IMG/VR virus record: IMGVR_UViG_2724679293_000012
Origin: a virus
Taxonomy: Duplodnaviria > Heunggongvirae > Uroviricota > Caudoviricetes
Length of the DNA stretch: 15,838 bases
Reading direction: 5' to 3' (one strand)
Shown here: one piece after another, positions 14,083 through 15,838 of the stretch
Layout of the letters: each line of letters begins with the position of its first letter
Numbering within the stretch: position 1 is the first letter of the stretch
Notes under the pieces: generated by a model
What the model was told of the DNA's origin: nothing
The model's database searches: none
The model's input: only the letters and a program-made list of their open reading frames with translations
Translations under genes and position numbers: made by a program

Positions 14083-14448
14083 ATGGCTGAGCTTCGTACA
14101 CTCCAGAGCAGAATCAAAACACTGAATACCCGACGGGTGAATATTCTGAAGGGGGAACAGCGTCGTGTCAGTGGCAGTGCCCGGGTTTCCCTCAAGCGTC
14201 ATATCTGGCTGAGGGATGCCGGGCAGTGCTGTCTCTGTGGTCGTGTGGTTGACCTCTGTGACAGTGAACTCGATCACCGCATTGCACTTCAGTTCGGTGG
14301 TGGTAATGAGGAGACGAATCTCTGGACGCTCTGCACCGAATGCCATCGACAAAAGTCTGCTCGTGAAGCGGCGGGTGGTATGCCGGACCCGACGCTGCCG
14401 GAGGTGTCCGGAGGTCATGGCAGGGCAGACGATATCATCGGACTGTGA
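14083..14448 (+). CDS. HNH endonuclease (terminase-associated, HK97-like packaging module)
   Basis: 121 aa with an HNH motif (CCLCGR...DHRIALQFGGGN...NLWTLCTECHRQK); placed directly upstream of the cos region and terS. Confidence 0.8.
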   Translation: MAELRTLQSRIKTLNTRRVNILKGEQRRVSGSARVSLKRHIWLRDAGQCCLCGRVVDLCDSELDHRIALQFGGGNEETNLWTLCTECHRQKSAREAAGGMPDPTLPEVSGGHGRADDIIGL

Positions 14449-14736
14449 CCCGCCCCGGGGGGGATCATCCGGCGAAAAAAACGATCGCTCCGGACACCGC
14501 CCCCCCTCTCACGCAGAGAAAAAATTCCCGTTTCAGGGCAGTTAACATGTTAACTGGCTGTCCGGGCATTTTTGCGGTTTTTATCTTTATTATTCAGTTT
14601 GTTGTGCGGAAAAAATGTTAACTGGCTTTTTCAGCAAATGTTAACCAGGCAGCAGTTAACATTTGCGGCATGAGACGCCGGGAAAAATGGGCTGAACCAT
14701 ACCCGGCTGAGTGCGTTCTGGACCCGGGAGGAGGCT
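14449..14736. other. Putative DNA packaging (cos/terminase recognition) region with repeated palindromic motifs
   Basis: G/C-homopolymer-rich segment (CCCGCCCCGGGGGGG ... CCGCCCCCCCTC) followed by a perfect 18 bp palindrome CAGTTAACATGTTAACTG (14540-14557) and three further half-site copies (ATGTTAACTG 14617-14626, ATGTTAACCA 14638-14647, CAGTTAACAT 14653-14662). Confidence 0.5.
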
Positions 14737-15300
14737 GTGCTGACAACGCAAAAACGAAAATTTGCGCTGGCGCTCATGTCCGGGAAAAACAAAACAGCGT
14801 CAGCCATTGCCGCTGGTTATTCGGCGAAGACCGCCAGGGTTAAAGGCTCGCAGCTGGCAAAAGATCCGGAGGTGCTTGCGTTTATAGCCCGTAAACAATG
14901 CGAGACGGTGGAGGTGGATGAGGTTCCTGTTTACCGGCAGAAAAAATCAGAGCAGGAGGATAAACCCCGTCGCCGTGAGGCGGCTGCAATACCACAGCCG
15001 GACGAAAACAATCCGGAGATGCCACCGTCCGCGGTGATGTCTCCTGGTATTGAATATATGGAGGATGGTCTTCCCGATCCGGTGAAAGCGATGGGGCGTC
15101 TTCTGGTGGAGAACATTAATACCGACCCCAGGCTGGCGCTGGATGCGGCTTATAAGCTGGCGCAGTTCACGCACCATAAAAAAGGGGATGCCGGTAAAAA
15201 ATCGGCAAAAGGTGACGCGGCGAAAAAAGCGGCTAACCGTTTTGCGGTGCCACCACCACCCCGCCTGGTGGTGAATAATGATAATGAGGGCAACGGATGA
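14737..15300 (+). CDS. Terminase small subunit (P27-family-like)
   Basis: 187 aa; N-terminus (QKRKFALALMSGKNKTASAIAAGYSAKTARVKGSQLAKDPEV) fits the TerS P27 pattern; GTG start after GGGAGGAGG; stop overlaps the TerL start (ATGA). Confidence 0.7.
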   Translation: MLTTQKRKFALALMSGKNKTASAIAAGYSAKTARVKGSQLAKDPEVLAFIARKQCETVEVDEVPVYRQKKSEQEDKPRRREAAAIPQPDENNPEMPPSAVMSPGIEYMEDGLPDPVKAMGRLLVENINTDPRLALDAAYKLAQFTHHKKGDAGKKSAKGDAAKKAANRFAVPPPPRLVVNNDNEGNG

Positions 15301-15838
15301 TACCTGTGTGGAGCACGGCCTGCCCGGACTGGGCAGAGCGCCTGAAAAAGGGGCTGTCGATTATTCCGGCTCCGATTTATCCGGACCAGGCTGCACATGC
15401 ACTGGCGATTTTTAAACAACTGCGAATTGTGGATGCACCGGGTAGCCCGACATTCGGGGAGTCCTGTGCACCGTGGGTGTTTGACCTGGTGGCGGCCCTG
15501 TTTGGCTCCTACGATGCGCAGACCGGTGTTCGCCATATCAAGGAAGTGTTTATCCTTATCCCCAAGAAAAACAGTAAGTCCACGCTGGCTGCGGGGATCA
15601 TGATGACGGCGCTGTTACTGAACTGGCGGCAGGCGGCGGGCTACACCATTCTGGCCCCGACCGTGGAGGTGGCGGCTAACGCCTTCAACCCTGCCAGGGA
15701 TATGGTACGACGGGACGATGATCTGGATGACCTCTGTCAGGTGCAGACACATATCCGGACCATCACCCATCGGGTGACGGACACCACCCTGAAGGTGGTG
15801 GCAGCCGATCCGAATACGGTGTCCGGTATCAAGTCCGT
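15297..15838 (+). CDS. Terminase large subunit, N-terminal part (3'-truncated by the window edge)
   Basis: Hand translation from ATG 15297 gives an open frame to the window end (MIPVWSTACPDWAERLKKGLSII...VFILIPKKNSKSTLAAGIMMTALL...) with a Walker-A-like PKKNSKST motif. Absent from the ORF track because it has no stop in the window. Confidence 0.85.
   Translation, partial: MIPVWSTACPDWAERLKKGLSIIPAPIYPDQAAHALAIFKQLRIVDAPGSPTFGESCAPWVFDLVAALFGSYDAQTGVRHIKEVFILIPKKNSKSTLAAGIMMTALLLNWRQAAGYTILAPTVEVAANAFNPARDMVRRDDDLDDLCQVQTHIRTITHRVTDTTLKVVAADPNTVSGIKS

Noticed and set aside
14216-14545. 109-aa + ORF overlapping HNH in another frame and running into the cos region
   Set aside because: The HNH frame carries the catalytic motif; the alternative frame is low-complexity and extends through G/C homopolymers.
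14931-15536. Minus-strand ORFs 14931..15116, 14947..15177, 15150..15536 and + ORF 15397..15603
   Set aside because: Shadow ORFs within TerS/TerL; the terminase frame is continuous and conserved in character.
1-15838. Integrase, attL/attR, rRNA genes or CRISPR arrays
   Set aside because: Nothing resembling them was seen; the window is internal to the prophage (Q to terminase), so attachment sites and integrase are expected to lie outside it.

Overview
This window reads as the Q-to-terminase segment of a lambdoid (Stx-phage-like) enterobacterial prophage, all backbone genes on the + strand. Order: 3' end of an upstream gene, LexA-N-like DNA-binding protein, RusA resolvase, KilA-N (Roi-like) protein, DUF968 protein, Q antiterminator, then a ~6 kb cargo/moron region, then the lysis cassette (phage-21-type pinholin, SAR endolysin, KilAC antirepressor-like gene, Rz/Rz1), Rha regulator, a TonB-C-domain lipoprotein, a YlcI/YnfO-like gene (minus strand), HNH endonuclease, a putative cos region, TerS and the 5' part of TerL. 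The cargo region holds a strongly AT-rich two-gene operon on the minus strand (271-aa soluble protein plus 182-aa four-helix membrane protein, 3018..4478) with no family I can recognise; this is my best candidate for an undescribed accessory system, possibly anti-phage defence. It is followed by a FaeA/PapI-like small regulator, an Rns-like AraC regulator interrupted by a 9-N gap, three tRNA genes (the ileZ-argN-argO arrangement of Stx phages), a ~530 bp toxin-free slot with stacked terminators, and a NanS-p-like esterase gene. The esterase gene carries an exact ~791 bp tandem duplication with an N at the junction, which I read as an assembly artefact. No stx genes, integrase, att sites, rRNA or CRISPR arrays are visible. 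All family assignments are from motif recall by eye; no searches were run.
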